From Elusimicrobiota bacterium (GTDB taxonomy: Bacteria; Elusimicrobiota; Elusimicrobia; UBA1565): DNA of 58,134 bases. Below are positions 1 through 10,309 of this stretch, piece after piece; position 1 is the first letter of the stretch, and each line of letters opens with the position of its first letter. The translations under genes were made by a program, and so were the position numbers. The stretch lies in contig JBDREN010000205.1 in the NCBI GenBank assembly GCA_043819795.1, positions 1 to 58,134 on the forward strand. The letters run 5' to 3'. The notes beneath the pieces are model-generated. The model made no database searches, had not been told where the DNA came from, and saw only the letters and a list, made by a program, of their open reading frames with translations.

Positions 1-3000
1 GCCGGGGCTCGGCGCGGGCGGCGGCAGGGGCCGCGGCGGCGGAGCCTCGAACGGATCGCCCCCTATCGGCAGGCGGATCCGCTTGGCCGGATCCGCGGCA
101 TCCGGCTCTCGATGGCCGGCCGCGGCGCTGCGCCCTCCGTACAGGGCGGCCAGATCCGCCGGGAGCCGCGCGGCCACGAGCCGCCCCAGCAGACGAAGGA
201 CGGCGCCGATGGGATCGCCCTCCAGAAAGCAGGCCGACGACGCCAGGTGCGGCCGGTTTCCGAGGATCCGCCCCACCATGCGCGTACAGGACGCCCCCGG
301 CCCCATCTCCAGGAACGCCCGCGCTCCATCCCGGTAGGCGGCCTCGACCACCTTCGTGTAGTCGAGCCCCGTAAGCGCCTGCTCCAGGATCGCGTCCGCG
401 GCTGCCTCGCGGTCCACATCATAGGCGTCGCCCCGGCTCCCGCGGTAGAACCGCACGTCCCGGGGAGGCGTGGTCTTGAAAAGGTGGAGGTCCCGGTAGG
501 CCTTGCGGACCGGACGGACCGCCTCGCAGTGGGCGCTGGTGACGCCCCTAAGCTCCAGGAGACTTCCCCCGAGCCTGCGCGCCAACGCCTCTACCGAGCG
601 GCGCTCGCCTCCGATCACGCATTCACGAGGCGTGTTCACGATCAAGAGGTAGACCCTGCCGCCCGCCTTGAGCTCCCGGCGCACGATGTCGGCGGGCACA
701 TCCGCCACGCCCACGACCCAGTCGACCGGCTCTCCGGGGGGGAGCTTCCAGACCTCGCGCGCCGAGGCGAAGCTCCCGGCGAGGTCGCGCGTGAACAAAG
801 TCGAGGCGTTGATCCGCCTCAGCATCTCATCCCGGTCGGACCAAGCGCGTAGGGAGAACAGCCCGACCGACTCGCCCAGGCTGTACCCGATGACCGCGTC
901 GGGACGCACGCCGAAGCCGCGGATGAGATCGCTCACCATGGTGCCCAAGGTCACCTGGCCGAAGATCAGGGATTTGGCGTCGATGTCCGGATCCTCTCCG
1001 TCCGCCCAGAAGAGGTCGGGGAGGTATTGGCTGCGCAGGAGCCCGTTCTCGGCATCCTGTCGCCTGAGCACCTCCGGCCATTGGACCGATAGCTCGCGCC
1101 CCATGCCCGGGAACTGATTCCCCGAGCCCGGGAACAGGAACGCGACCTTCCCATCGAGACCCTCGGGCCGATAGAACACACTTGCGCCGAGGCCGAGGCC
1201 GGCGTCGATCGGGCGCTCCGGATGGGCCTCGATCGCTTCGCGCGCCCGCCCGATGAGATCGCCGAGCTCGCCGACGCCGCGCGCCACGAGCGCGACCGCG
1301 CGCCCTCCCTGAAGCCGTGATCCGTCGCTCGACCGTTCGCGATGCCACCTGCGCGCCGCGTACTCGATGTTCCGCCCCGGAAGCGTTCCGGCCACGCGCT
1401 CCATAGCCTCCAGCCCCCCAAGCAGCTCCGGGACCGTCCGGCCCTCCACCACGAACAGCGCCTCGTCCCTCGCGCCCAACGGCTGGAGGCGCTCGAAGGC
1501 GCGCGCGGATCCTCCCTCATGCGCCTCGAGCACCGCGTGGGCGCAGTTGCCGTCCACGCTCAAGAAGCTCACCCCGGCCCGGCGGGGCCCGAGCTCACGG
1601 TCGCGCAGCCAGTACCGCGGCCGGACCGGAGCCAGGAAAGTCCCCGCGAGACGCGACTCTCCGAGGTTGCGCAGGGGAGGCAGGATCTCCTGATAGAGAC
1701 AGAGCGCCGCCTTGAGCAAAGACGCGAATCCCGAGGCCGCTCCCGCGTGCCCCACGTCCGCCTTGACGCTGCCGAGAACGGCCGGGGCCGAGGCCCCGGA
1801 CGGAGCGAAGAATCGCGAGAGCGCCTCGGCCTCCACGCCGTCCTCGGCCGCGAAGCCGCTCCCATGGGCCTCGAGGTATCCGATGGCCGCGGGATCCACT
1901 CCCGCTTCCCCGTAGGCCCTCTCCATCGCCGCGACGCAGGCGTCGGCGTCCGGGATGAGCGCGTCGGCGTTTCCTCCCGACGCCGCGCCCAACCCGCGGA
2001 TCACGCAGTAGATCCTGTCCCCGTCGCGGACGGCGTCGTCCAAGCGCTTGAGGATCACGGCGGCCGCTCCCTCGCCCGGGACCGCGCCGTCCGCTTCGAC
2101 GTCGAAAGGACGGGCCTTGCCGGAGGCGCTATAGGGCCGCCCGTGGTGAGCGCCCAGCACCGAGCGGACGTCGCCGGCGAGGTCCACGGCGCCGGCGATC
2201 GCGGCGTTGATCTCGCCGTTTTGAAGGGCCCGGACCGCCGCTTCCAGCGCGCGGAATCCGGAGCTTTCCTCGCTCTGGACCGAGAAGCTCGGGCCGCCGA
2301 TCCTGAACTCACGGGCGAGCCGGCTGGCCACAAGGCCGCCCAACGCTCCCGTCGTGCGGCCGGCCGAGAGCGCCGGTCCCGCGGCGTCGCGAAGCCGCGC
2401 CGTCCAGTCCTCGAGCTCCTTTTCGGAAAGCTCCAGCCCGAGCTCGCTCGCCCATCGGGACGCTTTGTCCTTCATGGACCAGCGGAAACGGAAGTTCGTG
2501 GTGTTCAGGTCGAGCCCGATGCCCACGAAGACCCCGCAGTCCGGACGGACATCCCGCTTCCAGCCCGCGTCCGTGAGCGCCGCGTCCGCGGTCGTGAGCA
2601 TAAGGAGCTGCTGCGGGAGCATGTCCCGAAGCTCATTGGGCGGGATGCGGAACCGGTCCGTCGGGACATCCAGCGCTTCGATATAGTGGCCGAGGAAGGA
2701 TCGCTCGCGAAGCCCGCTTTCCCTGAACCAGCGGCTGTCCTCGACTCCCCGCCACCGGGGCTTGCCCGCCTGATGGTCGGTTCCGCCTCCGAGGACCCGC
2801 TCCTGAAACTTTCTCAAGTCATCCCACTTTCCGAAGTGCGCGGCCATGCCCACGACCGCCACCGGAACGCTGTCGCGCTTGGAGGGAGACTTCCTGCGGG
2901 CCGCCGCGCTCCGGGCCGCCGCCGGAACCCACTCCTCCACCAGAAGGTGCGCGTTGATGCCCCCGAACCCGAACGCGCTTACGGCCGCCCGGCGCGGGAT

Positions 3001-4263
3001 CCTCCCGGCGCGGCCCTTCCAGGCCTCGCTTTGGCGCAGCACCCGGAAAGGGCCGCTTTCAAAATCGATCCCAGGAGCGGGCTGAGAAAAGTTCGCGGTC
3101 GCGGGAAGCGTCCGGTTCTTCATCGCGAGCAGGACCTTGCCCAGGCCCGCGGCGCCGGCGCCCGTCAGCAGATGTCCCACGTTGGATTTGACCGAGCCGA
3201 TCACGCACTGGCCGGCCTTCCAGCCCGCGCCGCCCCACAGGGAGCTGATGCTCCGGAACTCGACCGCGTCCCCGACCGGAGTGCCGGTGGCGTGGCACTC
3301 GATCAGGTCCACGTCTTGAGGCGACCACCCGGCGGATTCGTAGGCGCGGCGCATCGCCCGAAGCTGGCCCTCGGAGCTGGGAGCGAGAAGGTTTCCCTCC
3401 AGGTCGTTGGAAAGCCCGATGCCGCGGATGACGCCGTGGATATTGTCCCCGTCCCGGAACGCGTCCTCGAGACGCTTGAGCACGAACATCCCCGCGCCCT
3501 CGCCCACCACCAGCCCGTTCCCCCTGGCATCGAAAGGCGAGCAGGTCCCGGTCGGCGACACGGCCCTCAGCTGGGAAAAACCCATCTGGGTGTAGAAGCA
3601 GTCCGGCCGGGACAGACCGCCGGCCAGCATGGCGTCGGCGCGGCCCGCCGAAAGCTCGTCGCAGGCCAGCTTGAGGGCATACAGGGAAGACGCGCAGGCC
3701 GCGTCCAGGGTGAAGCTGCCCCCGCCGAGGCCCAGGGCCCTGGCGAGCACGCCGGCCGGGAGGCCCGTCACATAGCGGTTGATCGGCGCGACCGAGGGCG
3801 GTGTCCGGCCACGGACTGCGAGGACCTTCTCCTCGAAGGTCCGGCCGAGGATATCCTCCGCCAGCTTCGAGGAGTAATCGGTGGGGAGGGCAATGTTCCC
3901 TAAGATGACGCCGATCCGCCCGGGGTCGGTCCCGCGAAGGTCCGCGCTTCGAAGGGCTTGGCGCCCCGCGTGAAGCGCGAGGTGGAACATGGGGTCCAGA
4001 GCGTCCAGAAACCCGGGATCGATCTCCAGCCCGGCCGGGTCCAGCTTGAAGCCCTGGATGTAGCAGCCCCGCCTGGAATTGACCTTGTCCGGGGCCGCGA
4101 TCCGGGAGTCGTAGACCTCGTCGGTAGGAAAAGGCCACCGGCCCTCCGGAGGCTCCTGGGCCGCGTCGCGGCCCTGCGCGATCATGTCCCAGAACCGCTC
4201 CAACGTCGGGGCGCCCGGGAAAAGGCCGCCCAATCCGACGATGGCGATGGGATGATGGGCCAT
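1..4263 (-). CDS. PfaBC/Pfa3-like PUFA-synthase subunit (KS-CLF-AT...), 3'-truncated by the window edge
   Basis: Not in the ORF track (no stop inside the window). Hand translation from ATG 4263: MAHHPIAIVGLGGLFPGA; KS DAACASS (Cys codon 3694-3696), ECHATGTPVGD, GSVKSNVGH; second KS-like domain with SVQSEESS replacing the Cys (CLF, ~2265); AT FLFPGSGNQ and GYSLGE (~882); FLEMGPG (~305). All motifs checked are in one frame. Starts 1 nt after the pfaA-like stop. Confidence 0.9.
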   Translation of the reverse strand, partial: MAHHPIAIVGLGGLFPGAPTLERFWDMIAQGRDAAQEPPEGRWPFPTDEVYDSRIAAPDKVNSRRGCYIQGFKLDPAGLEIDPGFLDALDPMFHLALHAGRQALRSADLRGTDPGRIGVILGNIALPTDYSSKLAEDILGRTFEEKVLAVRGRTPPSVAPINRYVTGLPAGVLARALGLGGGSFTLDAACASSLYALKLACDELSAGRADAMLAGGLSRPDCFYTQMGFSQLRAVSPTGTCSPFDARGNGLVVGEGAGMFVLKRLEDAFRDGDNIHGVIRGIGLSNDLEGNLLAPSSEGQLRAMRRAYESAGWSPQDVDLIECHATGTPVGDAVEFRSISSLWGGAGWKAGQCVIGSVKSNVGHLLTGAGAAGLGKVLLAMKNRTLPATANFSQPAPGIDFESGPFRVLRQSEAWKGRAGRIPRRAAVSAFGFGGINAHLLVEEWVPAAARSAAARRKSPSKRDSVPVAVVGMAAHFGKWDDLRKFQERVLGGGTDHQAGKPRWRGVEDSRWFRESGLRERSFLGHYIEALDVPTDRFRIPPNELRDMLPQQLLMLTTADAALTDAGWKRDVRPDCGVFVGIGLDLNTTNFRFRWSMKDKASRWASELGLELSEKELEDWTARLRDAAGPALSAGRTTGALGGLVASRLAREFRIGGPSFSVQSEESSGFRALEAAVRALQNGEINAAIAGAVDLAGDVRSVLGAHHGRPYSASGKARPFDVEADGAVPGEGAAAVILKRLDDAVRDGDRIYCVIRGLGAASGGNADALIPDADACVAAMERAYGEAGVDPAAIGYLEAHGSGFAAEDGVEAEALSRFFAPSGASAPAVLGSVKADVGHAGAASGFASLLKAALCLYQEILPPLRNLGESRLAGTFLAPVRPRYWLRDRELGPRRAGVSFLSVDGNCAHAVLEAHEGGSARAFERLQPLGARDEALFVVEGRTVPELLGGLEAMERVAGTLPGRNIEYAARRWHRERSSDGSRLQGGRAVALVARGVGELGDLIGRAREAIEAHPERPIDAGLGLGASVFYRPEGLDGKVAFLFPGSGNQFPGMGRELSVQWPEVLRRQDAENGLLRSQYLPDLFWADGEDPDIDAKSLIFGQVTLGTMVSDLIRGFGVRPDAVIGYSLGESVGLFSLRAWSDRDEMLRRINASTLFTRDLAGSFASAREVWKLPPGEPVDWVVGVADVPADIVRRELKAGGRVYLLIVNTPRECVIGGERRSVEALARRLGGSLLELRGVTSAHCEAVRPVRKAYRDLHLFKTTPPRDVRFYRGSRGDAYDVDREAAADAILEQALTGLDYTKVVEAAYRDGARAFLEMGPGASCTRMVGRILGNRPHLASSACFLEGDPIGAVLRLLGRLVAARLPADLAALYGGRSAAAGHREPDAADPAKRIRLPIGGDPFEAPPPRPLPPPAPSPG

Positions 4264-4264
4264 G

Positions 4265-7200
4265 CTACCGGGACAGCCTCTTGCGCTTGAACGCGGGGTT
4301 AAGCGAAGAGTCTATCACGCACTCATAGCCCTCCAGGCGGGCGACGAGCCCGCCTTTCGGATCCAGGAACTCGATATCGGCCAGGACCCGGCTCGCCTCG
4401 TCCTTGGTGACCCGGGCCGATATCCGCACCGCTCCCTTGGGGAAGCCGGGGCGGAACTGGCGGTAACGCGCCGCGTAGCACGGCAAGGAGCCGGCGCCGT
4501 GCCGCTCGAAGCTCCAGACGATCATCATCTGAAATGCGCCGTCGAGCGCCAAGGGATCGGCGATCCACCGGCTGCGCAGCGGCTTGGCGATCCATTTCGA
4601 CGGGGACGGCGCGGTGCTCGCGACCGCCACGATCCCCTCCGCCGCGCATCCGTGGATGTCCCGGATCCCTTGGAAGTCGGAGCCGTGGAACAGGTAGTCG
4701 CCGTAGATCCTCCGGGTCGGACCCCGGAACCCTTCCAGAGCGAGCTCCCCGGACGGGCTTCCGGCCGCGGGGAGCCTCTCGGCCAGGACGATCTCTCCGC
4801 GCGAATGCACGATCCCCCTCCCGCCCGGGCCGGCGCCGCGCAGCTCCGTCGCGACGAGGTACATGCCGTCGCGCTTCTTCGCCCTCCCGGCCAGGACCCT
4901 GATCCGGGTCGCTTGGCCGGGTGTCTGGATCACCCCCTTAAGGATGCGCAGGTCGTTGAACCCGTGGAAATTCAGGCCGGGGTTGCCGTGCATGGCGCCA
5001 TGGGCGAGCCACTCGATGATGATGGCCATGGGAACGACCGCGCGCCCGCCGATCACATGGGACTTAAGGAACGGATGCTCGTCGAGGCCCAGGCTGCGCT
5101 CAAAGGCGAGCTTCATGCCCGCGCCGTTGCCGGAGGCCGGCTCCGCGGCGGCGACGGAACATCCGCGGCCGGGGGACGCGGCTCGCTCGCCCATGACCAC
5201 GATCTCGACGGGCCCCGACGGCGAGCCGAGCTCGGCCGCCAGGCGGTCCGCCCCGGCCTCAAGCGGGATCATGGGGACTCCCTCGGCCTCGAACATCTTC
5301 CTGAGCGCGGGCGTGACCATGCCGCCTTCCCATGGCCCCCAGTTGAACGAGACCACCCGGCATCCGCCCAAGCGCTTGGCCTGCTGCTGCGCGATCTTGT
5401 TAAGGGCCTCGTTGGCCATGGCGTAATCCACCTGTCCTTTGCGGCCGAACCGCGCGGAGGATGATGAGAAGAGGGCCAGCACCTTGAGATCGGCCGTCTC
5501 CAGGGAGTCCAGGATGGTCCGCAGGCCCAGAACCTTGGTCCCGTACACCCGGTCGAACTGCTCCTCGGTCTTCTCCTCTATCAGCCGGTCCGCGAGCACG
5601 CCGGCGCCGTGGATCACCCCCCTGACCGGGCCCTGGCTCTCCCGGATCTCCGTGAGCGCGGACCGGACGGCCGCGCGGTCGCGGATGTCCACCGAGCGGT
5701 AAAGGACCTCGGCCCCGGCCCGCCGCATCAGGGCCAAGTTGTGAAGGATCTCCCGGTTGGCGAGCACCTTCAGGCACTCCTCCTCCAGGCGCTTCGGCGA
5801 CACCTTCCCTCCCGCGTTCGCGAGCAGGGCTTTCTTGATCTCCGCGGCGCCATCCAGAGAAGCCAGCCAATCCGGCTCGGGCGCGGGCTCCGGGCTGCGG
5901 CCCAGGAGCGCCAGCTTCGGCCTGAAGGCTCTGGCCAGCGCCAGGGCCGCCTGAGCGGTGACGCCCCGCGCCCCGCCCGTGACCAAAACGACATCGCCGG
6001 CGCGCAGCGGCGCCGGCGCGGACGCGTCCGCGGCCTGATCGGACCGGCGGAGTTCCAGCGCGCACCGTCCGGACGCGTTGACGCCGACCTCCGCGGGAGT
6101 CTCAAGGAACATCTCCTCCACGATCGCCCGAGCCGCGGCGTCCATATCTCCCATGCCGGAGTCCACGTCCAGCGCCTTGCACGAAACCTCGGGCCACTCG
6201 TGGCCGGCGGTCTTGGCAAGCCCGGCCAAAGCCCCCGAAACAGGATCCCGCGCGGGGTCCAGGCCCCGCAGACCGAAGGCTCCGTCCAGGCGCGAGACCG
6301 TGACAAGGGCCGCGCCCTTGTCTTTGCCTGAAGCCCGCAGACCGGCCGCAGCCTTCTTAGCCATGAACAGCGCATGCTTGACCCAGTCGTGCCCGGCATG
6401 CGCCGGCGCGAGGATGACCAAAGCGCCCAGCCGCGGCGGACATCCCAGGCTCGCCCATTCGCCGCGGGCGACCACCCGGGCGCCGAAGCCCCGGGAGCGC
6501 AGCATGTCCGCGACCCGGACGCTCAGTCCGGAATCCTCCTCGGTCACCCAAATCTCCGAGCCCCCGACGATGGGAACGGACCGCCTCCGGGCGCTCAAAT
6601 CCGCCGTTCGTAAGACGCTGCGGGAGATGCCGGCCGGACCCGCGGCCTCCTCGCCAAATTCCACCGGCGCGGCCGCAGCGGCCCCGCCCCGCTCGCCGTC
6701 GGCCAGCGCCCCGGCCGAGGCCACGGCGGGCGGCGCGGCGTTCGCGCGCCGCGCGGGGGCTGGCGCGCCGGCGGCCAGATGCTCCGCGATCTGCCTCAAC
6801 GTCCTTATCGTCCCCACCTGGCCGGGCTTGACCGGCGGGGCTTCCGGGAACTTCCCCTGCAGAGCCGAAAGGATCTCCACCCGCTTGATGGAGTCGATCC
6901 CCAGATCGGAATCCAGACCCATGTCCAGGTTCAGCATCTCCACGGGATAACCCGTCTTCTCGGAGACGACGAGCAAAAGCGCCTCTTCGATGCCCGGATC
7001 TCCGCCCTGAGGGGATGCTTCCTCCGCAGACGTCTCCGGAGCGGGCGCGGCCGTTTCCACGCGCGAAGCCGGAACGGCCGGCGGCGCGGCGGGCGCCGGC
7101 GGAGGCGAGGCCGCATGATGAAAAGCGGGGGGCCCGCCCCCGGGCCGGAACAATCCCTGCTGCTGCTCGATCAAAGTCCGCATCGTGCGCAGGGCCGCCT

Positions 7201-10200
7201 CCTGACCTTCGAGGAACTGGCCGTGGAGCCGCGCGGTGGCCTCCTGCATGCTCTCAAGCGCGGCCAGGTTCCGCTGGGTCAGACGCAGCGCTTCATCCAG
7301 CCGCGGCGGGACGGCGTCCGGCGGCGCCGGCTGAAGCGTAAATTCGGGCGCGGGCTCGGACGGCCGCGCCTCCGGGGGAAGCGCCTGAGCCCCGGGCCGA
7401 AGCGCGCCCGCCCGCGGAGCCTCCCTCACGGACGGCGCCGGAGGCGTCTTAGCCTTGGGGGCCACGTAGTTCGCCCCGGTGAGCGGGACGGTGAAAGCCG
7501 GCTTCTTGCGGCCGATCTTCTCCTCGGACCCGGCGCCCTCGTCCCATCTATCCAGGCGGACGGCGAAACCCATTGACGCGAGCCAGGCCAGAGAGCGCGC
7601 CAGGTCCGCTATGCCCGGACGCCTCCCGCCCGAGGCGTCCACGGACAACGCCCCGAATTCCCGGTCTCCCAGAATCGCGCCCACCAGTCCGGTGAGCCTT
7701 CGTCCCGGTCCGACCTCGAGGAAGCTCCGGACGCCGGAGGCGTACAGGTTCTCGACCTCCCGGACGAACTCCACCGGACGCCCAAGCTGGCTCGCCAGGA
7801 TATCCCGGGCCTTGTCCGCGCTTGCCGGATACTCTTCGGCCGTGCTGTTGGCGAAGACCGGGATCTTGCCCCGCGCGAAACCGACCTTCTTCAAAGCCTT
7901 CTCAAAAGGTTTCCGGGCGTCCGCGACCAGGGGGCTATGGAACGCGGCCGAGACCGGAAGCCGCTTGTTCCCGATGCCCTTGGCCGCGAGGATCTCGGCG
8001 GCCCGCTCGATCTCGCCGCCGGCTCCGGAGAGCACCGATTGGTTCGGGGCGTTCTTGTTCGCGATCACGAGGTCGAGCCTCGCTTCCCGCACGGCCCGCT
8101 CCACGGCATCCAAGGGGGCCTGCACGGCGAGCATCGCGCCGCGGTCCCCGCCGCCGTCCGCCATCAGCCGCCCTCTCAGATTGGAAAGCCGGTGAAGCGT
8201 CGCCGCGTCGAACCGGCCGGAGGCGCATAACGCGGGGAGCTCGCCGTAGCTGTGGCCCGCGACCGCGTCGGGCCGGACGTCGAACCCGTCGAGGACGCGC
8301 AGCGCGCCCAGACTCACGGCGCCGATGGCGGGCTGGGCCGCTTGGGTGGCTCGCAGAGCTTTCTCGTCCGCGGCCGCGGACTCGGCGTCGAACGTCGGAT
8401 GGGGATAGATGAGATCCGTCAGCCTCTTCCCCGGACCGTCCCCATCGCGAAAAGCTTCGTCCGCTTCGGCGAGAGCCTCGAGCATCCGCGGGAATTGGCA
8501 CGCCAGGTCGCGAAGCATTCCCACGTACTGCGATCCCTGTCCGGGGAAAAGGAACGCGAGCTTCCCCTCCCGCTTTCCCGAGCCAAAATACAGGCCTCCC
8601 GGAGTATCCCACCCCTTCCGGTCGCGCCGCGCGTTCAGCATGGCCCGGGCCTCGGCCGCGAGCTTGGCCAGGTCGGTCTTCCCTCGTTCCACCACGGCCA
8701 GCAAGCGGCAGGGTCGCGCGGGATCGAACGCCGAGCGGGAGCTCGCCGTCTTCCCGCGCAATTCGTCCCACGTAAGATCGCCCGAAAATCCCTCCAGCGC
8801 CGCGACGACGCCTTCTCCGGTCTCGCCGGAGAGGGCCAGGATCTGCACGTCCCCGTCCCAGTCGATCCCCCCCTTGGCCGACCTGTGCTCCTCGAGCACG
8901 CAGTGGAAATTGCTGCCGCCGAAGCCGAAAGAACTGACCGCCGCACGTCGCGGATGGTCCTTGGGGGGCAGCCAGGGCCGCTTCACCGTGTTCACGTAGA
9001 AGGGGGTGGCCCCGGGAGCGAGCGCCTCGTTCGGCTTCTCGACCTTGATGGTAGGAGGCAAGACCTTGTGCCGGAGAGCCAGCGCGGCCTTGATGATCCC
9101 GGCCACGCCGGCCGCGGCCTTGGTGTGCCCGATCATGGACTTGACCGAGCCGACCGCGCACCAGCGGCCCTCGCGCTTGGACGAACGGTACACCTCGCTC
9201 AGAGAGGCGATCTCCGCGGCGTCGCCGACCTTGGTCCCCGTGCCGTGGGCTTCCACCAGCTCGATAGTGTCCGGGGTGACGCCCGCCGCCCCGTAGGCGC
9301 TGCGCAGCGCCCGGCACTGGCCCTCGGCGCTCGGCTCGTAGATCGCCTTGCCCTTTCCGTCGCTGGACGCCCCGACTCCCGTGATCACGGCGTAGATCCG
9401 GTCGGCGTCGCGCTCGGCGTCCTCCAGGCGCTTGAGCACCAGGATCCCCAGGCCCTCGCCCAGGATCGTGCCGTCGCTTCGCGCGTCGAACGGCCTGGCG
9501 TCTCCGGTGGGCGAAAGCGCCGGCGTCTTGCTGAAACACATGTACATGAAGATGTCGTTGAAGGTGTCCGCTCCTCCGGTCACGACCATGTCCGCATGGC
9601 CCGCGGCGAGCTCCAAGCCGGCCAGGTGGATGGCGCTCAGCGAGCTGGCGCAGGCCGCGTCCACCACGCAGTTGGTGCCGCCCAGGTCCAGCCGGTTGGC
9701 GATGCGTCCCGCGACCACGTTGCCCAGCAGTCCGGGGAACGAGCTCTCCTTCCAGGGGACATAGGAATCCGATATCCGGCGGACGACGTCCTCGGCCACC
9801 GGCTCGCCCACGCCGGCGTCCTTGAGAGCCCGGCGCCATATCGGATGCCCGAGGCGCGCGCCCAGAGGTATCACCAGCTCTTGGGGGCCGGTCGCTCCGA
9901 GGATGACGCTCACGCGTCGCGAGTCGAAATCCCGTCCCGGTCCGTATCCGGCGTCCTCCAACGCGCGGCGCGCCGTCACCAGGCTCAGCAGCTGAGCCGT
10001 ATCCGTCGCTTCGATATCGCTCGGGGAGATGCCGAACTCGATGGGATTGAAGGCGTGCTCGGACAGGAACCCGCCGCGCTTGCCGTACGTCATGTCCGGC
10101 GCCTTGGGGTCGGAGTCGAAATAATCCCTCATGCTCCAATGGGTCTCGGGGATCTCGGTGATGGCGTCCACTCCGTTCTTGAGGTTGGCCCAATAAGCGC

Positions 10201-10309
10201 CCAGCCCGTCGGCTTTGGGAAAAAGGCAGGACATGCCCACGATCGCCAGCGGCCGGGCCTCGGGCTGTCCGGATCTCGCGGTTGCTCTCTTTTGTTTCTG
10301 GATTCTCAC
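4265..10309 (-). CDS. pfaA: PfaA/Pfa2-like iterative type I PKS/FAS (KS-AT-ACP-KR-DH), ~2014 aa
   Basis: KS DAACASS/HGTGT/GHTKAAAG; AT GHSYG and AFHS; one ACP LGIDSIKRVEIL; KR GGARGVT...YAMAN; PKS-type DH HPFLKSHVIGGRAVVP. Start moved from 10597 to GTG 10309 (GTGA overlap with the pfaD stop, GGAGGAG RBS ~8 nt upstream). Confidence 0.92.
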   Translation of the reverse strand: MRIQKQKRATARSGQPEARPLAIVGMSCLFPKADGLGAYWANLKNGVDAITEIPETHWSMRDYFDSDPKAPDMTYGKRGGFLSEHAFNPIEFGISPSDIEATDTAQLLSLVTARRALEDAGYGPGRDFDSRRVSVILGATGPQELVIPLGARLGHPIWRRALKDAGVGEPVAEDVVRRISDSYVPWKESSFPGLLGNVVAGRIANRLDLGGTNCVVDAACASSLSAIHLAGLELAAGHADMVVTGGADTFNDIFMYMCFSKTPALSPTGDARPFDARSDGTILGEGLGILVLKRLEDAERDADRIYAVITGVGASSDGKGKAIYEPSAEGQCRALRSAYGAAGVTPDTIELVEAHGTGTKVGDAAEIASLSEVYRSSKREGRWCAVGSVKSMIGHTKAAAGVAGIIKAALALRHKVLPPTIKVEKPNEALAPGATPFYVNTVKRPWLPPKDHPRRAAVSSFGFGGSNFHCVLEEHRSAKGGIDWDGDVQILALSGETGEGVVAALEGFSGDLTWDELRGKTASSRSAFDPARPCRLLAVVERGKTDLAKLAAEARAMLNARRDRKGWDTPGGLYFGSGKREGKLAFLFPGQGSQYVGMLRDLACQFPRMLEALAEADEAFRDGDGPGKRLTDLIYPHPTFDAESAAADEKALRATQAAQPAIGAVSLGALRVLDGFDVRPDAVAGHSYGELPALCASGRFDAATLHRLSNLRGRLMADGGGDRGAMLAVQAPLDAVERAVREARLDLVIANKNAPNQSVLSGAGGEIERAAEILAAKGIGNKRLPVSAAFHSPLVADARKPFEKALKKVGFARGKIPVFANSTAEEYPASADKARDILASQLGRPVEFVREVENLYASGVRSFLEVGPGRRLTGLVGAILGDREFGALSVDASGGRRPGIADLARSLAWLASMGFAVRLDRWDEGAGSEEKIGRKKPAFTVPLTGANYVAPKAKTPPAPSVREAPRAGALRPGAQALPPEARPSEPAPEFTLQPAPPDAVPPRLDEALRLTQRNLAALESMQEATARLHGQFLEGQEAALRTMRTLIEQQQGLFRPGGGPPAFHHAASPPPAPAAPPAVPASRVETAAPAPETSAEEASPQGGDPGIEEALLLVVSEKTGYPVEMLNLDMGLDSDLGIDSIKRVEILSALQGKFPEAPPVKPGQVGTIRTLRQIAEHLAAGAPAPARRANAAPPAVASAGALADGERGGAAAAAPVEFGEEAAGPAGISRSVLRTADLSARRRSVPIVGGSEIWVTEEDSGLSVRVADMLRSRGFGARVVARGEWASLGCPPRLGALVILAPAHAGHDWVKHALFMAKKAAAGLRASGKDKGAALVTVSRLDGAFGLRGLDPARDPVSGALAGLAKTAGHEWPEVSCKALDVDSGMGDMDAAARAIVEEMFLETPAEVGVNASGRCALELRRSDQAADASAPAPLRAGDVVLVTGGARGVTAQAALALARAFRPKLALLGRSPEPAPEPDWLASLDGAAEIKKALLANAGGKVSPKRLEEECLKVLANREILHNLALMRRAGAEVLYRSVDIRDRAAVRSALTEIRESQGPVRGVIHGAGVLADRLIEEKTEEQFDRVYGTKVLGLRTILDSLETADLKVLALFSSSSARFGRKGQVDYAMANEALNKIAQQQAKRLGGCRVVSFNWGPWEGGMVTPALRKMFEAEGVPMIPLEAGADRLAAELGSPSGPVEIVVMGERAASPGRGCSVAAAEPASGNGAGMKLAFERSLGLDEHPFLKSHVIGGRAVVPMAIIIEWLAHGAMHGNPGLNFHGFNDLRILKGVIQTPGQATRIRVLAGRAKKRDGMYLVATELRGAGPGGRGIVHSRGEIVLAERLPAAGSPSGELALEGFRGPTRRIYGDYLFHGSDFQGIRDIHGCAAEGIVAVASTAPSPSKWIAKPLRSRWIADPLALDGAFQMMIVWSFERHGAGSLPCYAARYRQFRPGFPKGAVRISARVTKDEASRVLADIEFLDPKGGLVARLEGYECVIDSSLNPAFKRKRLSR

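Noticed and set aside
1342..3903. 853-aa plus-strand ORF (and 112-852)
   Set aside because: Antisense shadow of the pfaBC-like gene, whose catalytic motifs are on the minus strand; typical high-GC artefact.
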